A stretch of DNA of 64,000 nt from Vicinamibacterales bacterium (GTDB lineage: Bacteria; Acidobacteriota; Vicinamibacteria; Vicinamibacterales; JAMQPK01). The notes below the pieces were generated by a model, which saw only the letters and a program-made list of their open reading frames with translations, ran no database searches and was not told where the DNA came from. Positions 1 to 10,102 of this stretch are shown in pieces. Position 1 is the first letter of the stretch. Every line of letters begins with the position of its first letter. The position numbers and the translations under genes were made by a program. The DNA is taken from contig CAVSRX010000006.1 of assembly GCA_963730445.1 (NCBI GenBank), positions 26,082-90,081 on the forward strand. Direction: 5' to 3'.

Positions 1-360
1 TACGAGTAGACCGCCACCTTGAACGCCTTGTTCGAGTCTTGCGTTGCACCGAATGTCGGAGCCAGGGCGTTGATGATGAACGCGAGGATGAACACGCCGA
101 CGATCGCGAAGCAGAAGGCAAAGACGGCGCCGACGAGGCCGGTCATGATCGGGTACGCGATAGGTGCCGAGGAATGGCAGAGTCGTACCGACCAGGGAGC
201 CTCCGATGAAGCCGGCGATGGCTCCGATGGCGGCCAGCGGGATCACATAGCTGGTGACGACCGTTCCCGTCGGCGTGGGTTCCGCCTCGATTGCGGGCCA
301 TTCCGTAGCGGGCGTCAGCAGGATGTTCTTTACCCGTGATGTAATGTCCACGCGGTCCAC
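1..360 (-). CDS. Yip1 family membrane protein, N-terminal part (gene runs off the left edge); one apparent frameshift near 150
   Basis: Own minus-strand translation from GTG at 360: VDRVDITSRVKNILLTPATEWPAIEAEPT...SYVIPLAAIGAIAGFIGGSLVGTTLPFLGTYRVP. It continues one frame over as IMTGLVGAVFAFCFAIVGVFILAFIINALAPTFGATQDSNKAFKVAVYS. This is a typical Yip1/DUF1282 layout. It is not in the ORF track because it is split and edge-truncated. Confidence 0.6.
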   Translation of the reverse strand, partial: MDRVDITSRVKNILLTPATEWPAIEAEPTPTGTVVTSYVIPLAAIGAIAGFIGGSLVGTTLPFLGTYRVPDHDRPRRRRLCLLLRDRRRVHPRVHHQRPGSDIRCNARLEQGVQGGGLLV

Positions 361-992
361 CTTTCATCTGAGTTGCCTGGCTGTTGCGGGGGATGGGTGT
401 TTATACCGGCATCGCGCGGTTGCCGCAACAGGGAAGTTCGCCGGACCGCGTAGAAGGAGTTTCTGCGGCTGCGTGGGACCACGAACAGTGCAAACGATGC
501 GTCTGTCGAATTGGAGCGATGGAGTCATGTTGAGTGAGCACAGAGGGCTTCACGATTCTGTGTGAAGCCTGCCACAGTGATGTGGTGGACGTGATGAAAC
601 CTGAGCGAACACTTTCACCTCACACCCTCCTTCTCCTGACCCAATTGCGCGAATGGGTCCAAGGCTTCCACCTGGTGTAGTAACCGCTCGCGAGGACAAC
701 AATCCAGACTATGGTGGTCTTTTATTCGAGGTGCGGCCCGCCCGCCCGAATACGCTGAATATCACAGTGGGTGTCGGTGTGTCAGAAGAGGTCGACGTCT
801 TTTAGGGCAAAGAGTTCGTTGGGAGAATTGGAAGGCGTTGCCAGGAGAAGTCATTCGCTGTGTGAGGCGATCAAACAGGGCAGGCGGTCGAAGAAACGTG
901 GAAACTGGGATGGTTTGTACTTGAGCGGCGTTGCACGATTCGACTTCCTGCTGGGCCGGTGGTGACGGATCCTCTCCGATTCCGGCGTGGGT

Positions 993-1010
993 AAAACGGT
1001 GGGCGCACCG
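993..1010 (-). terminator. weak intrinsic-terminator-like hairpin downstream of the TIGR03435 gene
   Basis: The minus strand reads CGGTG-CGCC-CACCG followed by TTTTAC, about 37 nt after the TAG stop at 1047-1049. The stem is only 5 bp with four U. Confidence 0.3.
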
Positions 1011-1046
1011 ATCAGTCAGGGCCTATGCGCCATGGGTGAATTGATG

Positions 1047-1865
1047 CTAGTTCTCGGTCGGCCGTTCGATGTGATCGATGACCACGACGTCGAGTGGGCC
1101 GCGCGCAGGTTCGAGTTTCAATCCGAGCTGTTCCTGCAGCGCCGTGAAGATTGACACGCCATCGTTGCCGCCCATGAACTCCAGCGTGAACGCGTAATAG
1201 CCGGTCAGCCCCGTCTTGTCGAAAATAGGCCGGCCGGCATAACTGGAAATCGAATCGGCAAGACCCTGCATGCTGCGGCCTCCAGACATGAGAGACAGCG
1301 TCGTGCTGCCGCCGCTCAGCCGGTAGCCGCATGTGGGCGCATCCTTCACGTCTGGCTTTGCCGTGCCGGTGGATGGAACCGGCCTCTTGTATGTCGCGCA
1401 GTCGATCTCGATGTGACGCAGTTGAGGCCCGAGACGGCCGTCTCCGCGAGCGACGACGAGGTTATAAATCGGCCGCTCTTGCGTTTCGTAATGCGCGGCG
1501 AGTTTGAAGCGATCGGCGAGCAATGCGCGAAGCATCAGACGTTCCTGCTCAACCGTCGGCACGAACGTGGCCCGGGCGTCGACGTCGAACCGGTCGGATA
1601 CCGCCCACGCAGGTGCGCCGACCACCTCGTCAGCCTTCGTCGGGTAGGCCTGGCGTATCAGGAAGCCCGCGGTCAGGTTGATCATGAACCACCCGCCGCC
1701 CGGGTGCCGCCCCCACCGGTTACTACTCTCACTGCTTTTGTTCGGCTTGACCGACACCACGTCGAACGTGGGATTCACAACGTCGGCGGGCTTTGATTGC
1801 GCGCCAAGCATCGGGGCATTCAGAACTCCGGTTGCCAGGAGCGCTGCTGTCACTCTCATGCTCAT
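1047..1865 (-). CDS. TIGR03435 family (acidobacterial soil-associated) secreted protein
   Basis: ORF 1047..2075(-) trimmed to ATG 1865, where MSMRVTAALLATGVLNAPMLGAQS looks like a signal peptide. FDVVSVKPNK, FLIRQAYP, DRFDVDA, LLADRFKLAAHYETQERPIYNLVVARGDGRLGPQL and FDKTGLTGYYAFTLEF fit the TIGR03435 family. Confidence 0.85.
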   Translation of the reverse strand: MSMRVTAALLATGVLNAPMLGAQSKPADVVNPTFDVVSVKPNKSSESSNRWGRHPGGGWFMINLTAGFLIRQAYPTKADEVVGAPAWAVSDRFDVDARATFVPTVEQERLMLRALLADRFKLAAHYETQERPIYNLVVARGDGRLGPQLRHIEIDCATYKRPVPSTGTAKPDVKDAPTCGYRLSGGSTTLSLMSGGRSMQGLADSISSYAGRPIFDKTGLTGYYAFTLEFMGGNDGVSIFTALQEQLGLKLEPARGPLDVVVIDHIERPTEN

Positions 1866-1904
1866 GTGATCCTCGTGCCTGATGATACGATCCGCTCCTG
1901 ACAC

Positions 1905-2354
1905 ATGCTGAAGAAAATCGCCATCATCGTCTTGGGGGGGTTCCTGGCCCTTGTAGGCACTGGCGTCGCGATGTATTTCGTCAACGCCGCGCCTGTCGCG
2001 CCGGCAATCTCGTCGGCTGAGGCCTCGGATCCAGGCAGGCCGTTCGTCGTGAAGCTGCATTCTCAATGGTGCCACCTTTGCCTGATCACTACGCAGGCGT
2101 GGTCACAAATCGAGAAGGAGTATTCGGGCCGCGTCAATTTCCTGGTCCTCGATTTCACCGACGACCAGACGACGGACGCCAGCAAGGCAGCGGCCGAGCG
2201 CGTCGGATTGGGACGCGTCTTCGAAGAATCGGGATCGACCGGCGTCGTGCTGGTCGTGGACGGCCGCACGAAGGAGGTGACGGCGTCGATCGCCGGCAGC
2301 CGCAATGTTGCCGAGTATCGCGCGGCCATAGACAACGCGCTCAAAGCGCAGTGA
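1905..2354 (+). CDS. membrane-anchored thioredoxin-like protein
   Basis: ORF 1905..2354. N-terminal TM helix (IAIIVLGGFLALVGTGVAMYF) followed by a thioredoxin-fold region with a CxxC motif (HSQWCHLC). Confidence 0.7.
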   Translation: MLKKIAIIVLGGFLALVGTGVAMYFVNAAPVAPAISSAEASDPGRPFVVKLHSQWCHLCLITTQAWSQIEKEYSGRVNFLVLDFTDDQTTDASKAAAERVGLGRVFEESGSTGVVLVVDGRTKEVTASIAGSRNVAEYRAAIDNALKAQ

Positions 2355-2366
2355 TACGATGACCGC

Positions 2367-3374
2367 GTGACAGCATTCGAGCTCCATCCTGAAGACGGCT
2401 TCGACTCCCTGAAACTGGTAGAACGCCCGCGACCTGGTATGGCCCCAGGCGATGTGCGCGTCCGCGTGCGCGCCGTATCTCTGAACTATCGCGACCTGAT
2501 GGTTGCGCGCGGATCGAAGAAGCGAGCGAAGCGAATCGTTCCAGCCTCCGACGGCGCCGGCGAGGTCGTCGAGATTGGCAGCGACGTGAAGCGGCTCGCG
2601 ATGGGCGATCGCGTCGCAGCGGCGTTTTTTCCAACCTGGCTCGACGGTGCGTTCGCCGAAGAACACCATGCCAACGCTCTCGGCGGATCGCTCGACGGGA
2701 TGCTGGCGGAAGAGGTGGTGCTTCCCGAGCGGGCGTGGGTGAAGATTCCGGCGCGCTACTCGTTCGAACAGGCCTCGACGCTGCCGTGCGCGGGCGTTAC
2801 CGCGTGGCACGCGCTGTTCGAAGCCGCCACGTTGAGGCCGGGGGAGACGGTGCTCGTCCAGGGAGGAGGCGGCGTGTCGACGTTCGCGCTCCAGCTTGCG
2901 CGATACGCAGGTGCCGCGGTCATCGCCACATCGAGCTCGCCGGAAAAGCGGGCGCGCCTTGCGCAAATGGGCGCGACCTCGACGATCGACTACACCACGG
3001 ACGCGAAATGGGGCGACACGGCGCGCGTCGCCGCCGGCAACGGCGGCGTCGATCTCGTCGTCGAAGTGGGCGGAGCAGGCACTTTCGATCAGAGCATCGC
3101 GTCGCTGCGCTACGGCGGCGGGATGAGCCTGTTGGGGATCCTGGCAGGCACGCAGGGGCCCATAAACACCTACGCCATTTTTCACAAAAACATCCGCATC
3201 CGCGGCGTGTATGTCGGGTCGGTCGCGATGTTCGAGCGGCTGGTGCGCGTCCTTGAACAGTCGAGCGTCGATCCGGTCATCGATCGTGTCTTTTCATTCG
3301 AAGAAACGCGGGCCGCCTACGAGCACCTGGCGAGCGGCGCCCATTTCGGCAAAGTCGTCATTCGCCTCCCTTGA
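2367..3374 (+). CDS. MDR-superfamily NAD(P)-dependent oxidoreductase (alcohol dehydrogenase / quinone oxidoreductase-like)
   Basis: GTG start at 2367, 335 aa. Contains VRVRAVSLNYRDL, SDGAGEVVEIGSDV and the Rossmann motif GETVLVQGGGGVSTFALQLA. C-terminus GAHFGKVVIRL. Confidence 0.85.
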   Translation: MTAFELHPEDGFDSLKLVERPRPGMAPGDVRVRVRAVSLNYRDLMVARGSKKRAKRIVPASDGAGEVVEIGSDVKRLAMGDRVAAAFFPTWLDGAFAEEHHANALGGSLDGMLAEEVVLPERAWVKIPARYSFEQASTLPCAGVTAWHALFEAATLRPGETVLVQGGGGVSTFALQLARYAGAAVIATSSSPEKRARLAQMGATSTIDYTTDAKWGDTARVAAGNGGVDLVVEVGGAGTFDQSIASLRYGGGMSLLGILAGTQGPINTYAIFHKNIRIRGVYVGSVAMFERLVRVLEQSSVDPVIDRVFSFEETRAAYEHLASGAHFGKVVIRLP

Positions 3375-3425
3375 CGCGCCCTGCCGGGGGTATAGTTGTC
3401 CCATCTCTTGAAAGGAGCCGCCGCT

Positions 3426-4529
3426 ATGAAGTTGTTTGCCTTCAAACCTGTCCTTGTGTTGGCCCTCGTTGTCCTCGCGTCGTTGGCACCCTCGTCGGCC
3501 GTGCAGATCACGCGCACGGGTGAAGGCCCGACGTTCAGCTCGATCGGCCCGCTCGCGTTCGGTCCCGACGGCACGCTGTTCGCGGCCGACAACCAGGGCG
3601 CGGCGATCTTCGCGCTCGACCTCGGCGCGCAGGCCAACGGCGGCGCGGCCGGCGCAAAGGGGCTGGACGCGATCGATGAGAAGCTCGCGGCGCTGCTCGG
3701 CACCGGCGCGCGCGAAGTCGCCATCACCGATCTCGCCGTGCATCCGCGCACGCGCAATGCCTACGTGTCGGTGATGCGCGGCCAGGGCGCGGGCGCCGCG
3801 CCGGCGCTGTTCCGCATCGACGGCGCGGGCGCGATCGCCAACGTGCCGCTGCAGTCGCTGAAGTTCCAGAGGGTCGAGATTCCGAACGCGCCCGCCGCGA
3901 ACCCGACGGCGCGCAGAATCCGCGAACGCAGGTCATCACCGACATGGCGTTCGCGGACGGCCGCCTGTGGGTCGCCGGCCTCTCGAACGAGGAGTTCGCG
4001 TCGAAGCTCCGCGCGATCCCGTATCCGTTCGCCACCGTCGATCCGCGGCATGAGCGTCGAGATTTACCACGGCAACCACAAGGCGGTCGAGACGCGGTCG
4101 CCCGTCAACGCGTTCGTGCCCTACACGCTCAACAACCAGCAGCACCTGATCGCCGGCTACACCTGCACGCCGCTCGTGAAGTTCCCGATCGCCGATCTGA
4201 AGCCGGGCGAGAAAGTGCGCGGCACCACGATCGCCGAGTTCGGCGCGGGCAACCGGGTGCTCGACATGATCGTGTACCGCAAGGGCGGCCAGGAGTTCCT
4301 GCTGACGACGAACAACAGCCGCGGCGTGATGAAGATTCCGACCAACACCTTCGCCGCGGCCGCGCCGATTACGACGCCGGTCGAGACCGAGACGGGCGGC
4401 GTGCCGTTCGAGAAGGTCACGAGCATGACGGGCATCGAGCAGCTCGACAAGCTCGACGACAACAACTCGATCGTCGTCGCGCGCACGGCTGCCGGCGGCA
4501 TCAACCTGCAGGTCGTCGCCCTTCCGTAA
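3426..4529 (+). CDS. secreted hypothetical protein (beta-propeller-like) with a compensating frameshift pair
   Basis: ORF 3396..4529, likely start MKLFAFKPVLVLALVVLASLA (signal peptide) at 3426. Between about 3905 and 4045 the conserved-looking text sits in another frame (..QVITDMAFADGRLWVAGLSNEEFASKLRAIPYPFATVD, frame of ORF 3944). It then returns to frame (SVEIYHGNHKAVETRSPVNAFVPY). Family not recognised. Confidence 0.5.
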   Translation: MKLFAFKPVLVLALVVLASLAPSSAVQITRTGEGPTFSSIGPLAFGPDGTLFAADNQGAAIFALDLGAQANGGAAGAKGLDAIDEKLAALLGTGAREVAITDLAVHPRTRNAYVSVMRGQGAGAAPALFRIDGAGAIANVPLQSLKFQRVEIPNAPAANPTARRIRERRSSPTWRSRTAACGSPASRTRSSRRSSARSRIRSPPSIRGMSVEIYHGNHKAVETRSPVNAFVPYTLNNQQHLIAGYTCTPLVKFPIADLKPGEKVRGTTIAEFGAGNRVLDMIVYRKGGQEFLLTTNNSRGVMKIPTNTFAAAAPITTPVETETGGVPFEKVTSMTGIEQLDKLDDNNSIVVARTAAGGINLQVVALP

Positions 4530-5697
4530 TGCCCGTTCGGCTGCTGCGTGCCGCGGCGGTGACGGCCCGCTTGTCATCGCCACGGCATGCGGCCGCTCCG
4601 GCAATTCCGTTTCCACACCCGCAATCGGTTCTCGGCAATCAGAACGGCGGCCCGCGTACGTCGAGGTGACGGGGTTTTCGAACGCGCACCTGCGCGCCGA
4701 CGATGCCGCAGCATTCACCGCCGAACAATGGTCGCGGCTGTTTCGCGTGGCCGTCAGCGATACGGCACCGGGCATGCTGGGCACGTACTGCGTCACCGAC
4801 AGCGCGCTGCGGTTCACACCGCTGTTTCCCCTCGATCCCGGCCGTCCGTACATCGTCCGATTCGATCCGTCGCATCTGCCGGGAGCGAGCGCCGGCGCTG
4901 CGCCTCCGATCGTCGCCACCGTCACGGAGCCGGCGACGCACGCCTGCCTTCAACCACGGTCGCGCGCGTCTATCCGACGGGTGACGCCGTGCCGGAAAAC
5001 CTGCTGCGGATGTACATCGAGTTCTCGGGACCGATGGGACGGCCAAGCGGCATCCCGCACATGAAGCTGCTCGGCCCGGACGGCCGGGAGATCCAGGGCG
5101 CGTTCCTGCCGCTCGACTACGAGTTCTGGGACCGGGCACATACGCGGTTCACGGCGTTCTTCGATCCAGGCCGCGTGAAGTCAGGCATTCTGCCGAACCA
5201 GCAGATGGGACGCGCGCTCGACGCGGGCCGGACGGTGACGTTGGTCATCAGCCCCGAGTGGCGCGACCAGCACGGGCTGCCGCTGAAGGAAGAGTTCCGC
5301 CGGGTGTTCGGTCGCGCCGCCCGTGCAGAAGCCGCTCGACCCGCGTGCTGGCGCATCCAGCCGCCGGCTGCGGGCAGTCGCAACGCGCTCGTCGTGACCT
5401 TCCCGAAAGCCGCTCGACCATGGTCTGTTGATGCGCGCGCTCGGCGTGACGCGCGACGCCGTCGCAATCGCCGGCGACGTGACCGTCGAAGATGCGGAAA
5501 CACGGTGGCCGTTCATGCCGCGCGAACCGTGGCGGGCAGGCCAGCACGATCTGCTGGCGCTCGACATCCTCGAGGACGTCGCGGGCAATCAGATCGGCCA
5601 GGCGTTCGAGGTCGACAATTTCGACACCGTTGACAAGAGCCCCAATCCGCAGCGCATCACGGTTCCGTTTACGGTGCGTGCGGCCGCGACGAATTAG
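4529..5697 (+). pseudogene. conserved hypothetical secreted protein, at least 5 frame switches
   Basis: Coding text is spread over three frames. 4529: MPVRLLRAAAVTA. 4666: VTGFSNAHLRADDAAAFTAEQWSRLFRVAV..RPYIVRFDPSHLPG. About 4950: LPSTTVARVYPTGDAVPENLLRMYIEFSGPMGRPSG..DYEFWDRAHTRFTAFFDPGRVKSGILPNQQMGRAL. 5428..5697: MRALGVTRDAVAIAGDVTVED. Switches are near 4665, 4940, 5310, 5345 and 5405. Confidence 0.4.
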
Positions 5698-5708
5698 CAA
5701 GGGCATCC

Positions 5709-6547
5709 ATGATGCATCGCACTCTGCGATTACTGGGCACGGTTCTTTCGTTATTTCTGATCGCATCGTCCGGCTGGCAGCCCGCGCGAGCCCAGACGCA
5801 GCCCGCCGCGCAGACGCCCGAGGTGCAGATCTACGAGAAGTTCAGGGCATGGGCCACCAAACAGCCGCCGGCGCAGGGAGTCAATATCCTCGATCAGTAC
5901 CGGAAGGTGCTTGCAGGCGAAGGGTTGAGTGCTGCCGAGATCGAGCGTCAGGTCCGGGTCATCACCGAGCAGGGGGATCGGCTCGAAGTCGAGCGATGGA
6001 ATCGTATCCTCACGGCGCCGAAGCCTGCGTTCAACACCAAGCCGAACGCGTTCCTCGTCGAGACGACGAAAGGCATCGCGCCGGGCAAGGCGCTTGACGT
6101 CGGAATGGGTCAAGGACGCAACACCCTGTACTGGCCCAGCAGGGATGGGCCGTCACCGGATTTGATCCGGCGGAAAAAGCTGTCGCTGCTGCGCAAGACC
6201 AGGCAAAGCAACTTGGCGTAAAGATGACGACCCTGGTCGTCGGCGATGAGCAGTTTGACTTCGGCAACGAGCAGTGGGATCTCATCGTTCTGAGCTATGT
6301 AAGCCTGCGCCATCTCGTCCCACGCATCGTCGATGCGCTCAAGCCGGGAGGTTTGGTCGTGGTGGAAGGCTTTCATCGTGACGCAACCAAGAACGCTTCG
6401 ATTGGCGGTGGTGTCGTCTTCGATACGAACGAGCTGCTGACACTTTTCGAGCGTCTGCGCGTTGTGCGTTACGAGGACACCGCCGGCACCGGCGATTTCG
6501 GCTTGCAGGCGACCCGCCTCGTGCGGTTGGCGGCACAGAAGCCGTGA
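5709..6547 (+). CDS. class I SAM-dependent methyltransferase with N-terminal signal/extra domain; one frameshift near 6131
   Basis: ORFs 5709..6221 and 6224..6547. ALDVGMGQGRNTLY continues in the next frame as (L)AQQGWAVTGFDPAEKAVAAAQDQAKQLGVKMTTLVVGDEQFDFGNEQWDLIVLSYV..LKPGGLVVVEGF. One base appears to be missing after TAC at 6129-6131. Confidence 0.7.
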
Positions 6548-7887
6548 GAGCTGCGAATCAGCCTGTGACGAGCGATCTTCGCAGGGTCATCGGCTTCTGG
6601 AGCGGAACAGCGCTCATCGTCGGCATCACGATCGGCAGCGGCATCTTCCGGACGCCGCCGACGATTGCGGGCCTCGTGCCGAGCCCGCTCGTCATCATGG
6701 CGCTGTGGGTGGCCTTCGGCCTCATCAGCATCTGCGGCGCCCTCACCGTTGCCGAGCTCAGCTCGATGCTGCCGCGCACCGGCGGGGTGTACGTCTTTCT
6801 GCGCGAGGCGTGGGGCGATGCCGCGGCCTTCGTGTTCGGCTGGATTTATGTGCTCGTCACGACACCGGCGACCGTGGCTGCGCTGGCCACCGTGTTCGCG
6901 GAATTCCTGCTCAACCTGCTTCGCGTGCCCACGGACGTATTTACAGTGCAGGCGATCGGCATCGCCGCTATCGTCACGCTCACCTTCGCCAACGTGCTCG
7001 GCGCTCGCGTTGGCGCGGCGGTGAGTGGGGCGACCACCATCGTCAAAGTCGCGGCATTAGCCGCGATTATTTTCGGAGTGTTCCTGTTGGGGCAGGGCAG
7101 CGCGGCGAATCTGGTAGAGGGCGGACCGGTGAGAGCGGGCGGACTCGCGCGCGCCGTGGCGTCGGTCATCTTCACCTACGACGGCTGGATTGCGGTCAGC
7201 ATGATTGCCGGCGAGGTCATCGCGCCAGAGCGCGTGATGAAGCGCATCATCATCGCCGGCATGCTGACGATCGTGATCCTCTATGTCGGGGCCAATCTCG
7301 CCTACTTGTACATGATGCCGATCGGCATCCTGTCGCAGCAGAAAGAAGCCGTCGCGCGGACGGTGATGGAGTCGATCGCCGGCCAGGCCGGCGGCACCGC
7401 GATCATCCTGGCGGTGATCGTGAGCGTGTTCGGCGCGCTCAACGGCAACTGCCTCGCCAGGCCGCGCGTCGCCTTTGCGATGGCGCGCGACGGCCTCACG
7501 TTCTCGTTTCTCGGGAACGTGCACCCACGCTTTGCCACGCCATGGGTGGCCATGCTCATACAAAGCGCCGCCGCAATCGGTATGGTGCTCGTGCTGCGAG
7601 AATATGACACGCTCATCACCTACTTCGTCGTCGTCGAGTGGGCCGCGCTCATCTTCGCTGTCGGGGCGGTGTTCGTGCTGCGGAGGAAGATGCCCGATGC
7701 GCCACGTCCGTTTCGCACGCCCGGATATCCATTGGTGCCGATCTTCTTCCTGCTGGGGACGGTGATCGGCCTGACGGCAATCGTGTGGGGCGAAATCGAG
7801 GCGGGCAATTATTCACCGATCTACGGATTGTGCATTGCGGCGGCAGGCTTTCCTGTCCATCATGTGTGGAAGCGGGTGACTTCATGA
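6544..7887 (+). CDS. APC family amino acid permease
   Basis: Intact 447-aa ORF whose GTG start overlaps the previous stop (GTGA). GFWSGTALIVGITIGSGIFRTPPTIAG, about 12 TM segments, SVFGALNGNCLARPRV. Confidence 0.9.
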   Translation: MRAANQPVTSDLRRVIGFWSGTALIVGITIGSGIFRTPPTIAGLVPSPLVIMALWVAFGLISICGALTVAELSSMLPRTGGVYVFLREAWGDAAAFVFGWIYVLVTTPATVAALATVFAEFLLNLLRVPTDVFTVQAIGIAAIVTLTFANVLGARVGAAVSGATTIVKVAALAAIIFGVFLLGQGSAANLVEGGPVRAGGLARAVASVIFTYDGWIAVSMIAGEVIAPERVMKRIIIAGMLTIVILYVGANLAYLYMMPIGILSQQKEAVARTVMESIAGQAGGTAIILAVIVSVFGALNGNCLARPRVAFAMARDGLTFSFLGNVHPRFATPWVAMLIQSAAAIGMVLVLREYDTLITYFVVVEWAALIFAVGAVFVLRRKMPDAPRPFRTPGYPLVPIFFLLGTVIGLTAIVWGEIEAGNYSPIYGLCIAAAGFPVHHVWKRVTS

Positions 7888-8298
7888 AACTCGATATCTA
7901 CCTGAATTACCGCGGAAACTGCGAGCAGGCCTTCCGCTTCTATGAGCAACACCTTGGCGGTACGATCACCGAGGTGGCCCGACATGCGGAACAGCCCAAT
8001 CCCAACGTGCCGGCCGACTGGAAACAGAAGGTCCTTCACGCCCGCATCGAGATCGGCACGACTGTGCTGATGGGAGCGGACATTCCGCAGAGCGAGCCGA
8101 TGCGGAAGCGCATACCTTACGCTCACCCTGGATAGTGAGGCGGATGCGGAGCGGGTGTATGCCCTGCTCACGGACGGCGGGGAAATCTTCATGAAGATGG
8201 CGCAGACGCCGTTCGCCAATCGCTTCGCCATGTGTCGCGACAAGTTCGGGACATCGTGGATGCTTCTGCATCAGCCCGAATCAGAACAACGCGCGTAG
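7884..8298 (+). CDS. VOC family protein (PhnB-like); one frameshift near 8105
   Basis: ATG 7884 overlaps the permease stop (ATGA). MKLDIYLNYRGNCEQAFRFYEQHLGG..VLHARIEIGTTVLMGADIP continues one frame over as ..LTLDSEADAERVYALLTDGGEIFMKMAQTPFANRFAMCRDKFGTSWMLLHQPE, with stop TAG at 8296-8298. Paralog of 32561..32974. Confidence 0.7.
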
Positions 8299-8330
8299 GC
8301 GTGATCATGAAACCTGCTTGAGGATTACCG

Positions 8331-9071
8331 ATGAAACCATTTCTGCTTTTCATAGCCGCCCTCGCGATGCAAGCGCCGCCAACGCCCCCGGCGCCGATGC
8401 CCGAGCCGAAGTCGACGAGCGTCCCGCGAATCGACGCGCAGGTGAACGTCGACGGCGTGCTGGATGAACAAGCGTGGCAGAAAGCGGCGCGCGTGACGCC
8501 GTTCGTCCACCACGACACGATGAAGCCGGCTCGCGCCGGAACCGAGGTGCGCATCTGGTACGACGCGACGGCGTTGTATCTGGGTTGGATGTGCGAGGAC
8601 GTGGACATTCAGGCGACCTTTACCCAGCGAGACAGCAGGTTCTGGGAGGAGGAGGTCGCCGAGTTCTTCGTCACTCCCACCACGCTCGATCGCTACTTCG
8701 AGCTGCAATGGAATCCACTGGGCGGCACCTTCGACGCCATCATCACGAACGAGCTCGGCCCGGATGGCCGTTCGAAGCAGTTCAAAGGCGACTGGTCTTA
8801 CACTGCGCCAACGATGACGTTCGCCGTCAAGGTAGACGGCACGGTGCAGAACTCGAACGATCGCGATCGGCGCTGGACGGTCGAGGCACGCATCCCCTTC
8901 GCCGATCTGAAAGTCGCCACACCAAAACCCGGCGAGGTGTGGCGGGGCAACTTCTATCGCTTCAATCGCGACCAAGGTCAGGAGCCGGAGCTGCTCAGCT
9001 GGTCGCCGACGATCTTCCCGGGGTTCCATCAGCCCACACGGTTTGGGTATCTGCGGTTCTCCGGCAACTGA
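8331..9071 (+). CDS. carbohydrate-binding family 9 (CBM9/DOMON-like) secreted protein
   Basis: 246-aa ORF with a signal peptide. IDAQVNVDGVLDEQAW..VRIWYDATALYLGWMCEDVDI..FWEEEVAEFFV..YFELQWNPLG..WRGNFYRFNR fits the CBM9-like family. Confidence 0.7.
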   Translation: MKPFLLFIAALAMQAPPTPPAPMPEPKSTSVPRIDAQVNVDGVLDEQAWQKAARVTPFVHHDTMKPARAGTEVRIWYDATALYLGWMCEDVDIQATFTQRDSRFWEEEVAEFFVTPTTLDRYFELQWNPLGGTFDAIITNELGPDGRSKQFKGDWSYTAPTMTFAVKVDGTVQNSNDRDRRWTVEARIPFADLKVATPKPGEVWRGNFYRFNRDQGQEPELLSWSPTIFPGFHQPTRFGYLRFSGN

Positions 9072-9113
9072 CATTTGCCAGGTCGCGACGCTGAGCCGCA
9101 GAGGCGCGGAGAA

Positions 9114-9590
9114 ATGGCCGAACCGACGATCATTCGAGAGCAGGTGCTCGCACTGGTGGCACAACGCGGCGTCGCGTTGGCGCCGACGTGCCGGATTTCT
9201 GCGTTCGGGGACTCCTCTTTTATGGCAGCGAAGCTTGGGCGGCTCGTCGCGGCTGGGAAGAAGACGGCGACAAGTTCATTGCTGTGGGATTGGGAGGCGG
9301 ATGGCGAACCAATACCTGCTGCCGGAGAGGCAGAAATCCTGGTGGAATGGAGCGGCATCCCGTACGCGGTGATTCTCACCACAGACGTGAGGATTGTTCC
9401 GTTTCACGCCGTTCCGGAAGATTTCGCCTCGGCCGAGGGAGAAGGTGATGGCTCTTTGGAATGGTGGCGCACCACTCATTGGGAATTTTTTGGCAAGGTG
9501 TGCGCCAGAATTGAACGCACGGCCACGAGCGAAATGCCCGTGGTATGTCAGCGATTCACGATGGTTCATGATCTTCGTGAATGTCACCTG
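9114..9590 (+). CDS. ASCH domain protein (3' end uncertain)
   Basis: Within ORF 9075..9920 from MAEPTIIRE. FGDSSFMAAKLGRLVAAGKKTATSSLLWDWE..ILVEWSGIPYAVILTTDVRIVPFHAVPEDFASAEGEGDGSLEWWRTTHWEFF. ASCH-like text ends around ..VVCQRFTMVH. The ORF has no stop before 9920 but its tail overlaps the DinB gene, so a lost or shifted stop near 9570-9591 is likely. Confidence 0.6.
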
Positions 9591-10102
9591 AGGCGTGGCT
9601 GCGCGGGCCGGTCGAGGGAGTGCCCGATGTTCTGCAACCCATCGCGCATGCGTTGTTGCAGGCCAGGGAAGAAGCCAGAGGTCTGTTGCAGAATTTCCCG
9701 GCGGAGCTGCTCTGGCATTGCCCGGACGGACTCGCCTCTGTCGGCTTTCACCTTCAGCATATCGCCGGCGTCATCGACCGGCTGTTCACATACGCGCGCG
9801 GCGAAGCCCTGTCGCCGGAGCAGCAGAACATACTCGCCGTCGAGGGACGCGAACCGGCCACGGGCGGCAACGCCGATGATCTTCTCGCCGAAATCGACGC
9901 GCAGGTGGATCGCGCGTTGAATCATCTGCGTGCGATGAATACACACACATTGACCGACGCTCGCGTCGTGGGACGCAAGCAGCTTCCATCGACAGTGATG
10001 GGGCTGCTCTTTCATGCCGCCGAGCACGCCCAGCGGCATGTGGGACAGTTGCTGGTTACGGCGCGTTGGCTGCAGGGCGGATTCTCAAACAAGGAGACAT
10101 GA
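9581..10102 (+). CDS. DinB family protein
   Basis: 173-aa ORF. LASVGFHLQHIAGVIDRL and LLFHAAEHAQRHVGQL are typical DinB helix-bundle His motifs. Confidence 0.85.
   Translation: MSPEAWLRGPVEGVPDVLQPIAHALLQAREEARGLLQNFPAELLWHCPDGLASVGFHLQHIAGVIDRLFTYARGEALSPEQQNILAVEGREPATGGNADDLLAEIDAQVDRALNHLRAMNTHTLTDARVVGRKQLPSTVMGLLFHAAEHAQRHVGQLLVTARWLQGGFSNKET

Noticed and set aside
9591-9920. 3' extension of the ASCH ORF (to 9920) as real coding sequence
   Set aside because: The extension overlaps the well-formed DinB gene in another frame and reads as Arg/Cys-rich junk. ASCH-like text ends near 9575.
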